From contig MU058463.1 in the NCBI GenBank assembly GCA_013265495.1, forward strand, positions 1,821,523-1,885,522: 64,000 nt of DNA, in the 5' to 3' direction. The position numbers and the translations under genes were made by a program. Position 1 is the stretch's first letter. Each line of letters opens with the position of its first letter. Under the pieces are notes generated by a model. That model saw nothing but the letters and a program-made list of their open reading frames with translations, was not told where the DNA came from and searched no databases. Source of the stretch: Vicugna vicugna (Eukaryota). Below are positions 1-12,998 of this stretch, piece by piece.

Positions 1-844
1 TCCCTTCATATAGTCTCCCTTCTAATCTAAATCCTGAACATAAATTCCCTAGTATCTGGTACTGAATTTCTCTCCCTTCCTTTCCCTGAATGAATCCTGA
101 GACATGACATGGTATTTGGGCTCCCAGCAGGGTAAGAATCATTTCTAATCCTTCCCCATAGCCAGAAGCTAGTCATGACTGATAGTGAGTAGGTAGTCAG
201 GCTCACGTAAAAACAGTGTGTTTATCTTTATATATTGATGGTCCATAATGGGCTTTTCAGAATATAAGCTCATATAAATGCTTTCAAATCATTTCTCCTC
301 TCTCTGTAAATCTAGCATAAAAGCATCTGTTTCTGTGTCTATAATTAATGTTAAAAATGACTAGTGTTGTTTTGTAGAGCCGTTGTTATCATTTCTGAGC
401 ATCAATTTTCTATGTATGCAAATCACACAAGCTATTTCCCTTCCTCACTGCACAGTAAGAATTGCAACCAAAAATGGATGTAATTTGAACACATCACAAA
501 ACTCTAATTGGCAGCTTCAAGGTTTATGCGCTCCATAGTTGTACCAACCTTATAATACTCTGTGGTTGGAAAGACTCTCCAAATAGGTGACCAGTTTAGA
601 AGAAAGATGTGAAACATGTTTGCCTAAGTAAGAATCTTCTGGATTGTTCCCTAAACTGAAATTTTATTTCAACTTTGCTATAGTGTAATGTCATTTAAAT
701 TCATTTTAAAATACATAACCAAACTTATGGCCACTCACATGAGTGATGGTTCTAGCAAATGAGAAGGTATGAATCTTCCTGGTTATTCAGGTAACTGCTG
801 ATAGCATACTCTTAGCACATGAAGAAAGAGAAAGGAAACATTTT

Positions 845-1030
845 TTTTGTATACCTTCTATTTCCTAGGCACCATGTTAATAGCTTTTATTTTATCTTCT
901 TTAATCTTCCAATCTCCCTCTTGGGTAGATATTATTATACCTATTTTACAGATGAGTAAACTGAGGCATGATAAGTTTAAATCACCCCAACTATAGTCTT
1001 TACAGATCCAAAGTCCATCCTCTTTCCATT
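845..1030 (-). mobile_element. MIR SINE fragment
   Basis: ATTTTACAGATGAGTAAACTGAGGCA is the reverse complement of the MIR core TGCCTCAGTTTCCTCATCTGTAAAAT. Confidence 0.8.
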
Positions 1031-1859
1031 ATACTGTATCACCTGACACAAGAAGAAACTTTTATGAACATACTCATTAATGCTTTTAGATCTTTTAAAA
1101 ACAAGTATTTCTATCTTAACTTATAAACATCCCTACTGCTCCAAGGATTTCAACAGCTTTGTTCAATACTTTGTGGTTCATTGAGGAGAGTTAGGATTCC
1201 CCAGAATCAGCACTTGCAAATTCTGAATTTCCACTCAAGAGCGTAGAGGGAGAAATAGCACAGTTTTCCTTGTCTTTCTTTTTTAAAATGCTCCCTACAT
1301 AAAATGAAACTTCGATTTTGCAGTCTGTTGATCTTTTTACACATGTGCTAATAATAACTTAAAATCTCTAACATTATTCTTAAAATACTATCTTGTTTGA
1401 GTTTTTGAGTGCAACTTTGTGATTAAATTTATTCTCTTAATTATTATGTGTGAAAAGAATAAAGCATCCAGGCTTCCATCAATACGACTCTTTTGCCTTC
1501 TGTTTTTTAACTTTTTCTCTTCTTGGAGTTTGCTTTTCCCAAAGGCACAACATTAAGAGAACGTGCATTTGTCTTGAAAATTGCAACAAAATAGCTTAAA
1601 ATTTTGTAGCATTATTTTCTTATTATGGCTTTCATAAACAGTATTTCTCAACATCTAGACCAAATGAATAATTATTGACTCGCCAAAGATGTGAACAGTC
1701 TAATCTGAACGAGATTTCTTCAGGAGTTGAACCCATTCACAAGACACATAAAAGAGCATCTCTGATGGCTCCAGCTCCAACAACAATTTAAATGTTATGT
1801 AAATAATTTATGTATTGATCACATTTTTAATCAATATCATTCATTTCTAATCTAGTGCT

Positions 1860-2092
1860 TGCGCTGGTCAGTGTAACAAAGGGTTCTGTAGTCAAACAAG
1901 TTTTAGGGAAGTTCTTAAGACTCCATTGATCTTTTGGAGTTTCATATTGTACATCCATTCATCTATTTAATAGTGACTTTGAGGAGATCTGCTTTAAGAA
2001 GCTATTTAACTTTTTTTGGTCATGGAACTCTCCTTTGGCTTCTTAACATTCCAGGGAACTACAGCCTCTTAGAACAGACATTGGGAAATTTT
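1860..2092. mobile_element. Old hAT-Charlie MITE (MER113/MER112-like)
   Basis: TTCTGTAGTCAAACAAGTTTTAGGGAA and terminal GAACAGACATTGGGAAAT resemble Charlie MITE sequence. Subfamily uncertain. Confidence 0.5.
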
Positions 2093-2711
2093 GGTGTAAT
2101 CATTTGTAAGTGGAAAAATTCCTATATGCTGTAATGTTTTAAGTATCTGAAGTACTCATTCACTAATTTTGTAGAAAAAGAGGAAGAAATAGGACATTTA
2201 AAGTTATATGTGATTAAAAGAGACAGAATACCTAAAAATTTATAACATTTGACTTTCAGTTCACTAATCTAGTTAATCATCCCCTAGCAGAGAAGATTGG
2301 TAGTATTTAAATATGTTTTCCAATAGCTATTTTATTTTTTGTTGGTAAATAAAGTAATACTGAGTTTTCAGACCAAGAAGATTCCCTAGGTCTTACCATT
2401 TGAGAATCAGATCATCAAGATAGGCAGCAAACCATGACTTCTATTCTACTTTCCCCTGAAACTGGCCACAAAGATTCCAAAGGGAGTTTGTTACAAATAA
2501 ACAGCACTTTGTGGCTATTCATGGTCTTAAATTTCATGCTTTTGTATTCCTTTCATTTATAAATATGGAGAGCTAAGATCCAATCTCCTGTCCCTTTACC
2601 TCTTAACTAAAGCACAATGTTCATATAAGGGAATAGGAAATTGTGTTCACTTTAGAGCACTCATTCAAGTGTCTATACGGAGCTCCAAAAATACCATTAA
2701 CAATCCATCTG

Positions 2712-3640
2712 TTTTTTACTAACACCTATTAGAATGGCCAAAAATTTTTTTTTTGCCAGTACCAGATGCTGGCAAAGAAATAGAGAAACTGGATCTTTCA
2801 CAAATTGCTGGTGGGAATGTAAAGTGGTACAGCCACTCTAGAAGTTTGACAGTTTAAAATTAAACATACACAAAGAAAAGAAAAGAATAAACAAATAAAA
2901 TTAAACATACACCTACCATGTGACCCAACAATTATATTTCTGGACTTGTATTGTAGAGAAATAAAAATTTATGTTCACATAAAAACTTACACATAGTGCT
3001 TATAGCAATTTTAATTGTCAGAGCCTAGCCTGGAAACAATCCATACATCCTTCAGTGGATGAAGAATAAACACTGTGGTAATCCATCCTATGGAATACTA
3101 CTCAGCAGTAAAAAAGAGCAAACTATTTTTATATACAGAGACATGATTAATCTCAAGATAATTATACTGAATTTAAAATAAAGCCAACCCCAAAATGTCA
3201 CATACTGTATGATTTCATGTATATAACATTGCTGAAATGATAAAACTATAGAAATAGAGAACAGAACAATGGTTGCCAGGTGTTGGTGAAGGAGGTGGTG
3301 AAATTACAAAGATACCACAAGAGAGCTTCTTTGTGATGAGTTCTGTACCTTGATTGTCATGGAGCTCAGATGAATCCATACATGTAATAATATTGCATAG
3401 ACTTATATTCATATGTATACAAAAAAAAAGAGCACATGTAAAAACCTCTAAAATCTGAGTAATGTCTGTGTTCTAGTTAATTGTATTGTGTCCATGTCAA
3501 TTTCCTGGTTTTGAACAATGTGTTACAGTTATGTAAAATGCCACCTTTAGGAAAAGCTAAGTGACGGGTACAGAGAATCTCTTTATACTATTTTTGCAAC
3601 TTCCTGGAGTTTACAATTACTTCAAAATAAAAAGTTTCAA
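2712..3640 (+). mobile_element. LINE-1 3' fragment (ORF2 C-terminus plus 3' UTR, L1MC/L1MB-like), decayed
   Basis: Typical L1 motifs ACACCTATTAGAATGGCC, TTGCTGGTGGGAATGTAAAGTGGTACAGCCACT and TATGGAATACTACTCAGCAGTAAAAA. Ends with TATTTTTGCAACTTCCTG...CAAAATAAAAAGTT. Confidence 0.88.
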
Positions 3641-3669
3641 AATTTTTTTTCAAAATTTCACCTTTTTTT

Positions 3670-4015
3670 CAGGGGTGAGGGAGTGGGAGAGGTGGGTGGG
3701 GGAGTGGGAGAGGTGGGTGAAGGAGGTCAAAAGGTACAAACTTCCAACTATAAAATGAAAAAGTCATGGGAGTGTAACATACAGCATGGAGACTAGAGTT
3801 AATAATACTGTATTGTATTATTGAGAGATGGTCAGAGAGTAGATCCAATAAGTTCTTATCACAAGAAAAAAGTTTTCTAACTATGTTTGATGATGGCTGT
3901 TAACTAGGATTGTTGTGGTGATCATTTCCTAGTATATACAAATATTGAATCATTATGTTGTATGTCTGAGACCAATATTATGTCAATTGTACCTCCATTA
4001 ATAAAAGAAAGAAAG
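3670..4015 (+). mobile_element. LINE-1 3' UTR fragment (L1MA-like), 5'-truncated
   Basis: AAGGTACAAACTTCCAACTATAAAATGA...TAATAATACTGTATTGTAT...ATTGAATCATTATGTTGTA followed by an A-rich tail. Degenerate TSD AAATTTCACCTTTTTT (3653-3668) / AAATTTGATCTGTTTT (4016-4031). Confidence 0.85.
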
Positions 4016-5169
4016 AAATTTGATCTGTTTTTAAGAAGTCTTGCGTCTTGGCTCATTTATCCAAATTCAGTTACGTAAAAGAAATGATCTGACCAATCTG
4101 AAGTGCTGTCTCTGCCTGAGAACTCCTCATCTTTTCATCCTCAGTATAGTTCCTTACAGTGAAACTCAGAGGTAAGACTTATGTTTTTTGGTTATACAAA
4201 GCTAAATTAGGCTTCAAAGAGAGCAAATGAAGATAATTTTCAACTTTAAGCTTAGAAAAAAGATATTATCTAAACACTTTCTAAGAACAGTGAAAGTTAA
4301 TATGGAAGGTGAGGCTTAAGCTGCAGTTTTGTGAACAAAACTCTTTAAGCTATGGGGGAATTACTTACTAACATTTTCCTTGGTATGAGTGCATAAGGGA
4401 AAATCTCAAATAGAGTAATCATGTCATGTAGACAATGATTTTATTAAATGCATATGTGACTCCAAACCAATGTCAGATGTGTGATTCTGGGAGTGGCACA
4501 TGATGGGATCAACTGTGGAATTCTGTGAAAAGTTTCAAATTTCTTATAGATGATTTGATGGTCTAAAAATACAATGTTGATTTAAAAAAAAATAAAGTAA
4601 AATGCTCAGACCATGAAACTGAATAGGCTTCTTGAGTGACCTCTAGAAAGTCATCTATATATTTCTGAAGTCAGCTTGGACCATATTTTCTTGATGTAAA
4701 GTTGTAGATGATCAATTAAGTTGTAGAAAAACATACATAAATTGTTTAGGATATTTTTTTCATGATCCAAATCATGACTAGATCTACAGGTATAAATATT
4801 TCTCCATTTGCACCGTCCTATCCACTTCCAAGGCATCCATAGTCTCTGCTCTTCTCTGGCATTTGTTTCCAACCACTTGTAAATATGTTGTCCTGAACGT
4901 CCTAGAGCTTTTACTACCTCCATCTTAATATATCAATACCAAGTCCATGATTTGAAAACAATTTCATGCAAACTTGTCCCTCTTCCTGGAGCTTCAACCT
5001 CAGTGGCCATCCACTCATTCCCAACCTGGAATACCCTTTTCTCATTTACCTTCATCCCGTCACCAAATGCCAACTCACAAACGTTTTCAAGCTTAGACTC
5101 TGCTGCCCATTGACATTGCCTTCTCCATCTGAGCATGTCATCACTCTTGTGTTAAAACCTCCACTGACT

Positions 5170-5370
5170 CCTTAAAAGACTAGATCTTAATTGCTCTCCA
5201 CACAAACAAGAAATGATAACTCTGTGAGGTGATAAACGTGCTAGCTAATGCCTCTGTAGTAACCATATCACAGTATACAAATGTACCAAGCCAAAACATT
5301 GTATACTTCGAACCTACGGAATGTTACATGCCTATTGTATCTCAGTTTTAGAGCAGTAACAACAAACAAA
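5170..5370 (+). mobile_element. LINE-1 3' UTR terminal fragment (L1MA-like)
   Basis: AGATCTTAATTGCTCTCCACAC...GATAACTCTGTGAGGTGAT...CATTGTATACTTCGAACCTAC...TTGTATCTCA matches the L1MA 3' end. Confidence 0.8.
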
Positions 5371-5405
5371 CAAGCAGAAACCCCTCCATTGGCTCCTTGT
5401 GACGT

Positions 5406-5999
5406 TGTGATAGTTTTCCGTGGTTGCCATAATGAATTACCACAAACTGAGTGGGTTAAAACAACACAAATGATTGATTACCTCACAGTTTCATAGGTCA
5501 GAAGTCGACATGGGTCTCCCTGGGCTAAAATCAAGGTTTCGCTGGGCTGTGTTTCTTCTGTTAGACTCTAGGGGAGAATGGATTTCCTGCTCATGTGGGT
5601 TGTTGGCAGAATGCAGTTCCCTGTGGTTGTAGGACCAAAGTCTCATTTCCTTTCTGGCTGCGGCCGCGAGTTTATTCTCAGCATCAAGAAGTTGCCCACA
5701 TTTCTTGGTTTGTGGCTCCCATCCTCCATCTTCAAAGCCAGCAACGTCTCATGCTGCATCTCATCTCTCTGACCCTTCTTCCATCCTTGTATCTCCCTCT
5801 CTCTGACACCAGCTGGAAAGACTCAGCTTTTAAGGACTTGAGGAATTAGATTGGCCATAATCTAGGATAATCTCCCCATCTCCAGGTCCTTGAACATAAT
5901 CACATCTACAAAGTCCCCTCTGCAATGCAAGGTCACCTTTCACAAGTTCAGGGGTTTAGGACAGAGACATCTTTGGGGACCATTATTTTGCATTCCACA
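5406..5999 (-). mobile_element. MaLR solo LTR (MLT1E/D-like)
   Basis: Has TG...CA ends and MLT1 motifs AATTACCACAAACT..GGTTAAAACAACACAAAT, CCTCCATCTTCAAAGCCAGC, GGATAATCTCCCCATCT and GACATCTTTGGGGACCATTATT. Confidence 0.88.
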
Positions 6000-7079
6000 G
6001 GTGTGTGGTAATTTTAAGAAAGCCAATAAGTAAACTCACTCTTCTTCCAAATCAGAGACCAGTTGAGAGAGAAAGTACAGAAGTCAGACAGACTGCAGGG
6101 CATAGAAATATCAGTGTTATTACTGACAAAGCTGATTGCGGGATGTTGACTTTAGATCCATGGCAAAGGCCTCTCTAATGCTTCACCCCTGAGTTACACA
6201 GGTTTTCCTATGCAGTCAGGGCCAGCAGGGGCAGACAGCATGCTCTCCTGAGGGTACCTGTGGTGAAGCAGTGTGTTTGAATGGCATGTTCAGCTCCATC
6301 CCCAAGTTCATCTTCTGCTGAACTTCTCTTCCTCTTTCTGAGGTGAGTGTGAAAGGGGTACAGTGAAAAGACAGTGGAAATTCTCCATGAAAACATGGCA
6401 GAAGGACACTAAAAGTGTCCCTCAGCACATTCTACCTACTGAATCCATACTTCAAATACCATATCTTTCCAAGTAGAGCCCCACCCACTAGTTTATCTCC
6501 AGCCACTGCCCTTCTTGTACCCTGCTACCCAGCAGCCCTGTCTTCTCACTGTTCTGGAACCTTCCAAATTTCCTGCTTTCCTATTTGTCAGCTTCTCTAC
6601 TTGGACCATCTTTCCAGTCTTAAAGGAGTGGTAAACTCTTACTTGTCCTTTAAGACATCATACACCTTCTCTGGAGAGAGCTCCATGGCTCTCTCCAAAC
6701 TCCCTTCTCTCCAGGTCATATGTTCTCATGTATTTTCAATGTCTTACACAGTGGTTAGATTTGGGTTTGACAGGATCTCATGTTGTTGGACAAAATTCAT
6801 GGGTTTTGAATAAAATTCGTGAATGAATTTCTCTGTTTCCATTCCTGCCTTTCTCTTGAGGGAAGGGTGTGTGTTACTCATCGTTTCAGCCCCAGCACCA
6901 CCTCTGTGCCTGACATGTAGAATATTCGGCATAAACTTTTCCAGGAAAAATAAGTAAATTAATGATTTAATTGATTTTGTCAAAAGCAGAATATGTTCCT
7001 GGAGTTGTCTGTGTAAGTATAAATGGAGTCTGTGGTCAATTGGTTCCTATTCTTTAAAGGGAACTTACGATACATAAAT

Positions 7080-7385
7080 CAAGAGCCCTTTCATGGCCAG
7101 CGAAGCCCTAAACAGTCCGTCCTCAGGACACTGCTTTAACTGGATTACTGAACACTATTTCCTGGCTCATTCTCCTGTTTTGTTTTTATTTTACAGCAGG
7201 TATAAACTACATACCTAATATTATACTATGCTATGTCATGTATATATTGGTTCATTTCCTTTCTGCCCAACTAAACCATAAGCCCTGTCTGAACAGTGAC
7301 TTGTTTTATTCAATAGCTCAAACAGTGCCTATTACATACTATGCTTTAAATTAATTTGTATTCACTGAATGAAAGAATGAATGAA
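7080..7385 (+). mobile_element. L2 LINE 3' fragment
   Basis: AACAGTGCCTATTACATAC... ending in the TGAATGAAAGAATGAATGAA tail typical of L2. Confidence 0.65.
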
Positions 7386-7595
7386 GTGGTGTGGGATAAG
7401 AGGAAAAACAGAACTTTGTAATTAGAGAAGACTGGACTAAAATCATAGTTCTCCAATTTTGCCCACTGTCTGGTTTCAAGCAAATCATTTAATATTTAAG
7501 AATATCTGTCTTGTATGGTTGGTGCGATGTTGACAACAGTGTGTGTAAAATATCTGGCATATACTAAGTGTTTAAGAAATGGTGGCTGTAATTGT
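7386..7595 (+). mobile_element. MIR SINE, decayed
   Basis: GAACTTTGTAATTAGAGAAGACTGG...CAAGCAAATCATTTAA...TCTGGCATATACTAAGTGTTTAAGAAATG follows the MIR layout. Confidence 0.65.
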
Positions 7596-8290
7596 GCTAT
7601 TTGCTCTTAGAATTAAAGGCTTTAGGTTAAAATGATGAGTGCTGGCCGAGGATAGCTTTGTGTACCTCTTCACAAGGAATGGAGTGAAGTTCTAGGGTAC
7701 ATACTCTATTGCCATCAGAAGAGTCAAGTGTCTTTAACGGAGTATCATAACATCCACTAAACTTACTAAGAATGCTACAAAAGGATTTTGAACATTCCTA
7801 AGCAAGAAATATTTCAAAGGCATTCAGAAAGCTCTTCAAGCTTCAAGCTTCCTGTTCAACCCCAGGACACTGGGCCAGAAAGGCAGTTCTAAGACACCCA
7901 TGGTCTCTTCAGGGCCAAAAGGCCTTTGTGTGCATATACCACAGGCTGCTTCATAAAACAAAACAAAACGAAAACCAGCCTTTCCATTATTTCTAAAATG
8001 TTTTGCTGCATATGCAGTTATCCTAGATTTTACAATAAATTCAGTTACAAAAGTCAGATGATAATAGAGAACTTTTTATCTTAAATTATCTTGATTATTT
8101 TAAAAGTGATCATTATGTTCTATTTGGTGTTTTATGGATTTCAAAAAAAATTGTATCCATTGTATCTGCAGGGTAGGGAAACACCAACTATTTATGGCAG
8201 ATACATAAGCTTGATTCAATATGATCCACCTTGTAAAACAAGCTTAGTTTTCACTCCTCATTGATGAGTAACTTGAGGCTCAAAGCAATC

Positions 8291-8417
8291 TTTTTTTGGG
8301 GGGGGGTGGGTAATTAGGCTTTTATTTACTTAGTTATTTTTAGTGGAAGTACTGGGGATTGAACCAGTGTGTGATAGGCACACAGTCTTCCACTGAGCTA
8401 TATACCCTCCCACCTTG
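8291..8417 (-). mobile_element. tRNA-derived SINE (camelid Vic-1-like)
   Basis: Minus strand reads GGGAGGGTATATAGCTCAGTGG (A box)...GGTTCAATCCCCAGTAC (B box)...CCTAATTACCC and an A tail. TSD AAGCAATCTT at 8283-8292 and 8418-8427. Confidence 0.85.
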
Positions 8418-8439
8418 AAGCAATCTTGACTTCCTATGG

Positions 8440-8625
8440 CTACAGGAATCGAACTCTGGTTGGTATATGATGTAATGGAAGCTCTGCAACTGTGCCGTGT
8501 GCACTTGACACATTTCTCTAACCCTTAGTCTCCTTATCTGTAAAATGGAGTTAGCAGACTTACACAAGGCTAATTGCCAGCATTTAAATGGAAACCCTAT
8601 ATATGCGGCAATTTTTGAAAGTAAT
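8440..8625 (+). mobile_element. MIR SINE fragment
   Basis: Contains the core CTTAGTCTCCTTATCTGTAAAATGGAG. Confidence 0.7.
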
Positions 8626-8849
8626 TACTTCATGTATTTTTAATATGATGAGATTAGAACATAAGTCTCTGACAGTGTTTAGTAGTCTTTTAATACACTT
8701 TCACATTTTCCATGTTAAAAAAAAAAAAGAAACATGCAATATGCCATTTCTCTGCTTTGTTTTCTGCCCTTGTGGCTGAGTTTTACAGTGTCCCTGAATC
8801 CCTTCTTTTAAAGGAAATTTTCTGCCTGCTTTACTGAATCATGGTCAAA

Positions 8850-9700
8850 TCATTTATTCATTCATTCAACAGATAGTTATCAACAACTATTATAGACCAG
8901 ACACTATACTAGGTATTGGACTTGCAGTGTGGCATGAGACAAGCAAGGCTTATTTTCCTTTGGGAAAGCCAAAATACAAAATTAATAATGAAACAAAATA
9001 TCAGGTCTCTGAATTATGATTTGAGCGATGATGAAAATAAAACAGGGTGACATGTTACAGAGTAACTTGGGGCACGCACAGAGTGGTGTCTTAGGACACT
9101 AGTCTTAGGGAAGACTTAGAGGAGACATCTTTGAGAAACTGACAAACTAAATCCATTATAAGAAGTCAGCTTAGTAAGGGTCATAGCAAAAGTTTTGGAT
9201 TTTGGTCTTTATTTAGTGAAAGTTCACTCTGGAAGCTAAGAGGACAATGTTTTGCACAGGGGCAAACATGGAAACTGTGAGATGAATTAAGAAGCTGTGT
9301 GTCATCAAGAAAAAGTAATAAAGGTAAGGGGAGAGAAAAAGATGAAGGATGGATGCTACTCCAGAAAGGGTGGTCAGGGAAGGCATCCCTGGGAAAGATT
9401 CTACATTAGAGAAGGGATCTAAGTGATGGGAGGCAGGGAAAACATTTCCAGTTGCTGGATGAAGCAGTAACAGTGGAGAAGGGGAGAAGTGAATGGAAGT
9501 GAGATGCAAAGATGACATAACCTGCAGGTGGATTGGATGTGGGGTGTCAGGGAGGAGAGAGACCCTAAAGTTTGACTAGTTCCCTGGACTCAGACATAGA
9601 AATCTGAGGAGGAGATTTTTGAAAGGATGGCTGAATCAGGAATTTTGTTTTGTTTATGAGTCATAACTTTCCTTACCTGTGAGACATAAAATAGGAAAGC
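8850..9700 (-). mobile_element. L2 LINE fragments
   Basis: Starts with the reverse L2 tail TTATTCATTCATTCAACA, then CCAGACACTATACTAGGT and a purine-rich body including GGATTGGATGTGGGGTG. Confidence 0.7.
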
Positions 9701-12476
9701 AGCAGGCCTTTACATAGAAAACCAACTGCAGTTTCCTCATCCAGCATGGCTCTATTTTCCAAACGTGGTCAGACTTTGACTGACATCTCCCCCGCCCTGA
9801 TCCTCTGCCCCCTTGGGTGAGAAAGCTGGCTTCCTTGTTGAGGACTCTGCTGAGAAAGAATCCAGCCAGGAGACATCTGCCCTACACTGTGTGAACACAG
9901 CATAACCCTGGAGCATCCTCCTTGAGTATCAATTTTACTCAGACTTTGAGAGAAAACAATGTTTCCCTAGAAACACAAATACAGAAAAGTTATGGAGTAG
10001 AGTGAAATATTTGTATGGATTTTAAAGATTAAGCCCGGAAAATGTTACAACCCAGATATAAATGCTTGTGCGTGTAGGGAAACTCCATAGGGAAACAACC
10101 CATCCATAAATCAAAGGAAAGATTTCATAATCCTGAAGTGTACAAAATGAGAGTTATTGATCTTTACTTTTAGTTTTTCTGCTTAAAAAAAGGAGAAATC
10201 AGGGGAAATTTGAAAAATTTTGTAAACGAGAAACAGAACTTGTATAGCAAACTGTATTGATACTGACACATCCCCAGAAATCAGGTAACTTCACAAAAGC
10301 AAACAACAGATTGCTTTTCTGTCCCAGTTTTTATATGCACAATTACCTGTGTAAGTACTTCACTTTATTTTCTCTTTGCTTTTCTTATCTCTAGGCTCAT
10401 AATTCCGAGACCAATTGTATTCTGCTCCTACAGTCTGGCCAACAAACTACTAATCAATTAAACAACCCATCAGTTTGATGGGAGAAAAAGGAGTCGAGGC
10501 ATTTAGATACAAAGGAAGTTGACTGATTTCAATTCTGTTATTTTATTTAATTTGATCATCTGCAACTGAAATACTAAAATACATGGGAAGCCTGAGTCTT
10601 AATCTACTCAATTCTCTGGGCGAATGTTCCTGCCTGTTCCTTGGTCTGATTCCACTGTGCCTGGCTTCCCAATGGCAGTTTAGGTCATCTGTTATTCAGA
10701 TATATCTGCCATGTCAAGTTTCTATTTAAGCAGGAAAGGAAGTGATTATGTATTTGTCCTCCTTAGAAGAAAAGCCTGAGGGACAGATTATGGTCAGAGT
10801 AGCAATGTTTAAGTTATCGAGGCAGAAATAACTTGTGCCAAAAAAATAGAAAGTGGTCCCAAGAGGATTAGCGCATTACTTAAAATGCCACCACATCAGC
10901 CTCATTAGACAGTTCAACGATAATTTTTCCATTGTAAGTACATGGCACTTTTATTCACAGTGGTGTTAAGGAAAAAAAAAAGAATAATTATCTTTTCTTG
11001 CATTTTAACAAAAGATTTCACAATGACAAAATAGTTTACTGAAAATAGCAGTTGAGAGGTCTGTTATAATTCTATTGTTACTGTCAGAGCAGATGCCATG
11101 TCACATATAAAATGCCAAGACCACAGAAAAATATTTTTAGCTGGGTAAAAATATGTTATATTTAAGAAAGAAATGATAGTGCCTTGATTCACTTGTTAAT
11201 TGAGCACTTCAACATTTTCTATACATGATTGTTTGAAGGTTATAGAATATATAAAAAAAAAAGGCAATCCTTGCCCCCATGGGATATATATTTTTAGACA
11301 ATTTAGATGCACTGTTCTTTATAATTTATAATATGTGAGAGTTAAAAAAGAGAAAGGCAGATAAATGTATTCTTGCTCTCATCAAAGAGAAGTCCCAATA
11401 TTGATTTCAATAAGACAAAAGATGATAGTTTGGACTGGACTTTAAGGGGTAAAAAATGTCTTAAATGAGCAAAGGAGATTTGCTAGACTAGAAGTTGAAA
11501 ATGAGAGAGAAATACTGTAAGATGTGAGAGAAACTTACATAAACTTCAGACAAGACTAGACAGGGATTTAGAGGGGACAAGGGACAGAAATTGTGTTAAC
11601 TCATTGGCTAGTTCTTTTAGCAATATTTATGGTAAAGAAATGTAAAGTAGGAAGGAAAGAGATGACATTTCTTTGCTTAAACTCTGGATATAGACAACAA
11701 AAGCAAATATCTTAAAATTTAGCAAGTCTTGAAAAATCTATCCCATTCAGCCATCAAAACTACAGACAGTGAGACCATTGTGTGTATTGGGTACATTGTA
11801 AATAGAACCACAATAATTTTAAACAAAAAGCATTCATTTAAATGTTGCACATAGTCTTTTTGCTTAAGTGAAGACCTAAATTTAACTTTGGACCAGATTT
11901 TTGCATTATTCCATTTAAAAAATGCAACATTGGAAGTGGACATATAAATGTGGAGAGAAAGAGACAGAGAATGAGAAAGGGGGGGGGGCCATATATGTCC
12001 TAAGGGAAGAGCTGGATACAAGGGATTAAATCAAACATAAATACTACAATCAGAATGCTTATTTGTTTAGTTTAGACTTATAAATTGGTTGTGTTGTAGG
12101 AATTGCATGTCTCTGTAAATCTTATTTCTGATAGAGACATAGTTCCTTTTCTAAAAATGGGTCTAGACTGTTTCTACATGTATATTGTCCCTTGCTCTTA
12201 GGAGGCACATATGTTCTATTGCCTAAGCAGTTGCCTACACGTGATGGGTAAGGAGACGCTGGAATATGAAAGAAAGACATAAAGACCCAATATTCCTTTC
12301 ATCTTATGGCCGCCTATAGGAGGTGGACCTACATTTCTCCAGCACATCCTGGACAGAGCTAGGGATGTCTCACCTGTAAAGATATTTAAGACAAATAACA
12401 CAAAATTTGGTAAAAGTACTGATACCAAACTATCCTATTCTGATGATTTTTTTAGAGCCATTATAATCCTGGGCAT

Positions 12477-12998
12477 AAAACAGGCAGAATAATGACCCCA
12501 AAGATGTCCATGTCTGACTCCCCCCAACCCCATGAACATGTTATGTTACATGACAAGGGGGAATTAAGGTTGCTAATCAGCTGACCTTAACATAAGGAAA
12601 TTATCCCAGATTGTCAGGGTGAATCTAATGAAATCACAAAGGTCCTTTAAATGTAGAAGAGGGAAGCAGAAGAACCAGAGAAGGAGATGTGACAGCTGAA
12701 GCAGACTCAGAGTGATGCGATGTGAGAAAGACTCAACAGACCAGAGTTGGCTTTGGAGATGGAGGAAAGTGACTACAAGCCAAAGAATGCAGGCATTCTC
12801 TAGAAGCTGCAAAAGGCAAGGAAATGAATTCTCTGCTAGAGCCTCCAGAAGGAATGTAGCCCTGCCAACACCTTGATTTTAACCCACTGAGTCCTGCTTT
12901 GGACTTCCGACCTTGAGAACTATAACATAATACAATTGTGTTGTTTGAAGATGATAAGTTTTGATAATTTGTTACAACAGCAATAAGAAACTAATACA
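12477..12998 (+). mobile_element. MaLR solo LTR (MLT1D-like)
   Basis: AGGCAGAATAATGACCCCAAAGATGTCC, GGAATTAAGGTTGCTAATCAGCTGACCTTAA and CTAGAGCCTCCAGAAGGAATG. Ends GCAATAAGAAACTAATACA. Confidence 0.9.

Noticed and set aside
6220..6236. CTCF-like CCAGCAGGGGCAG
   Set aside because: One G short of the core consensus spacing, so not supportable.
6415..6813. 132-aa Ser/Leu-rich ORF
   Set aside because: Non-ATG start, and the composition reflects pyrimidine-rich decayed L2-like sequence.
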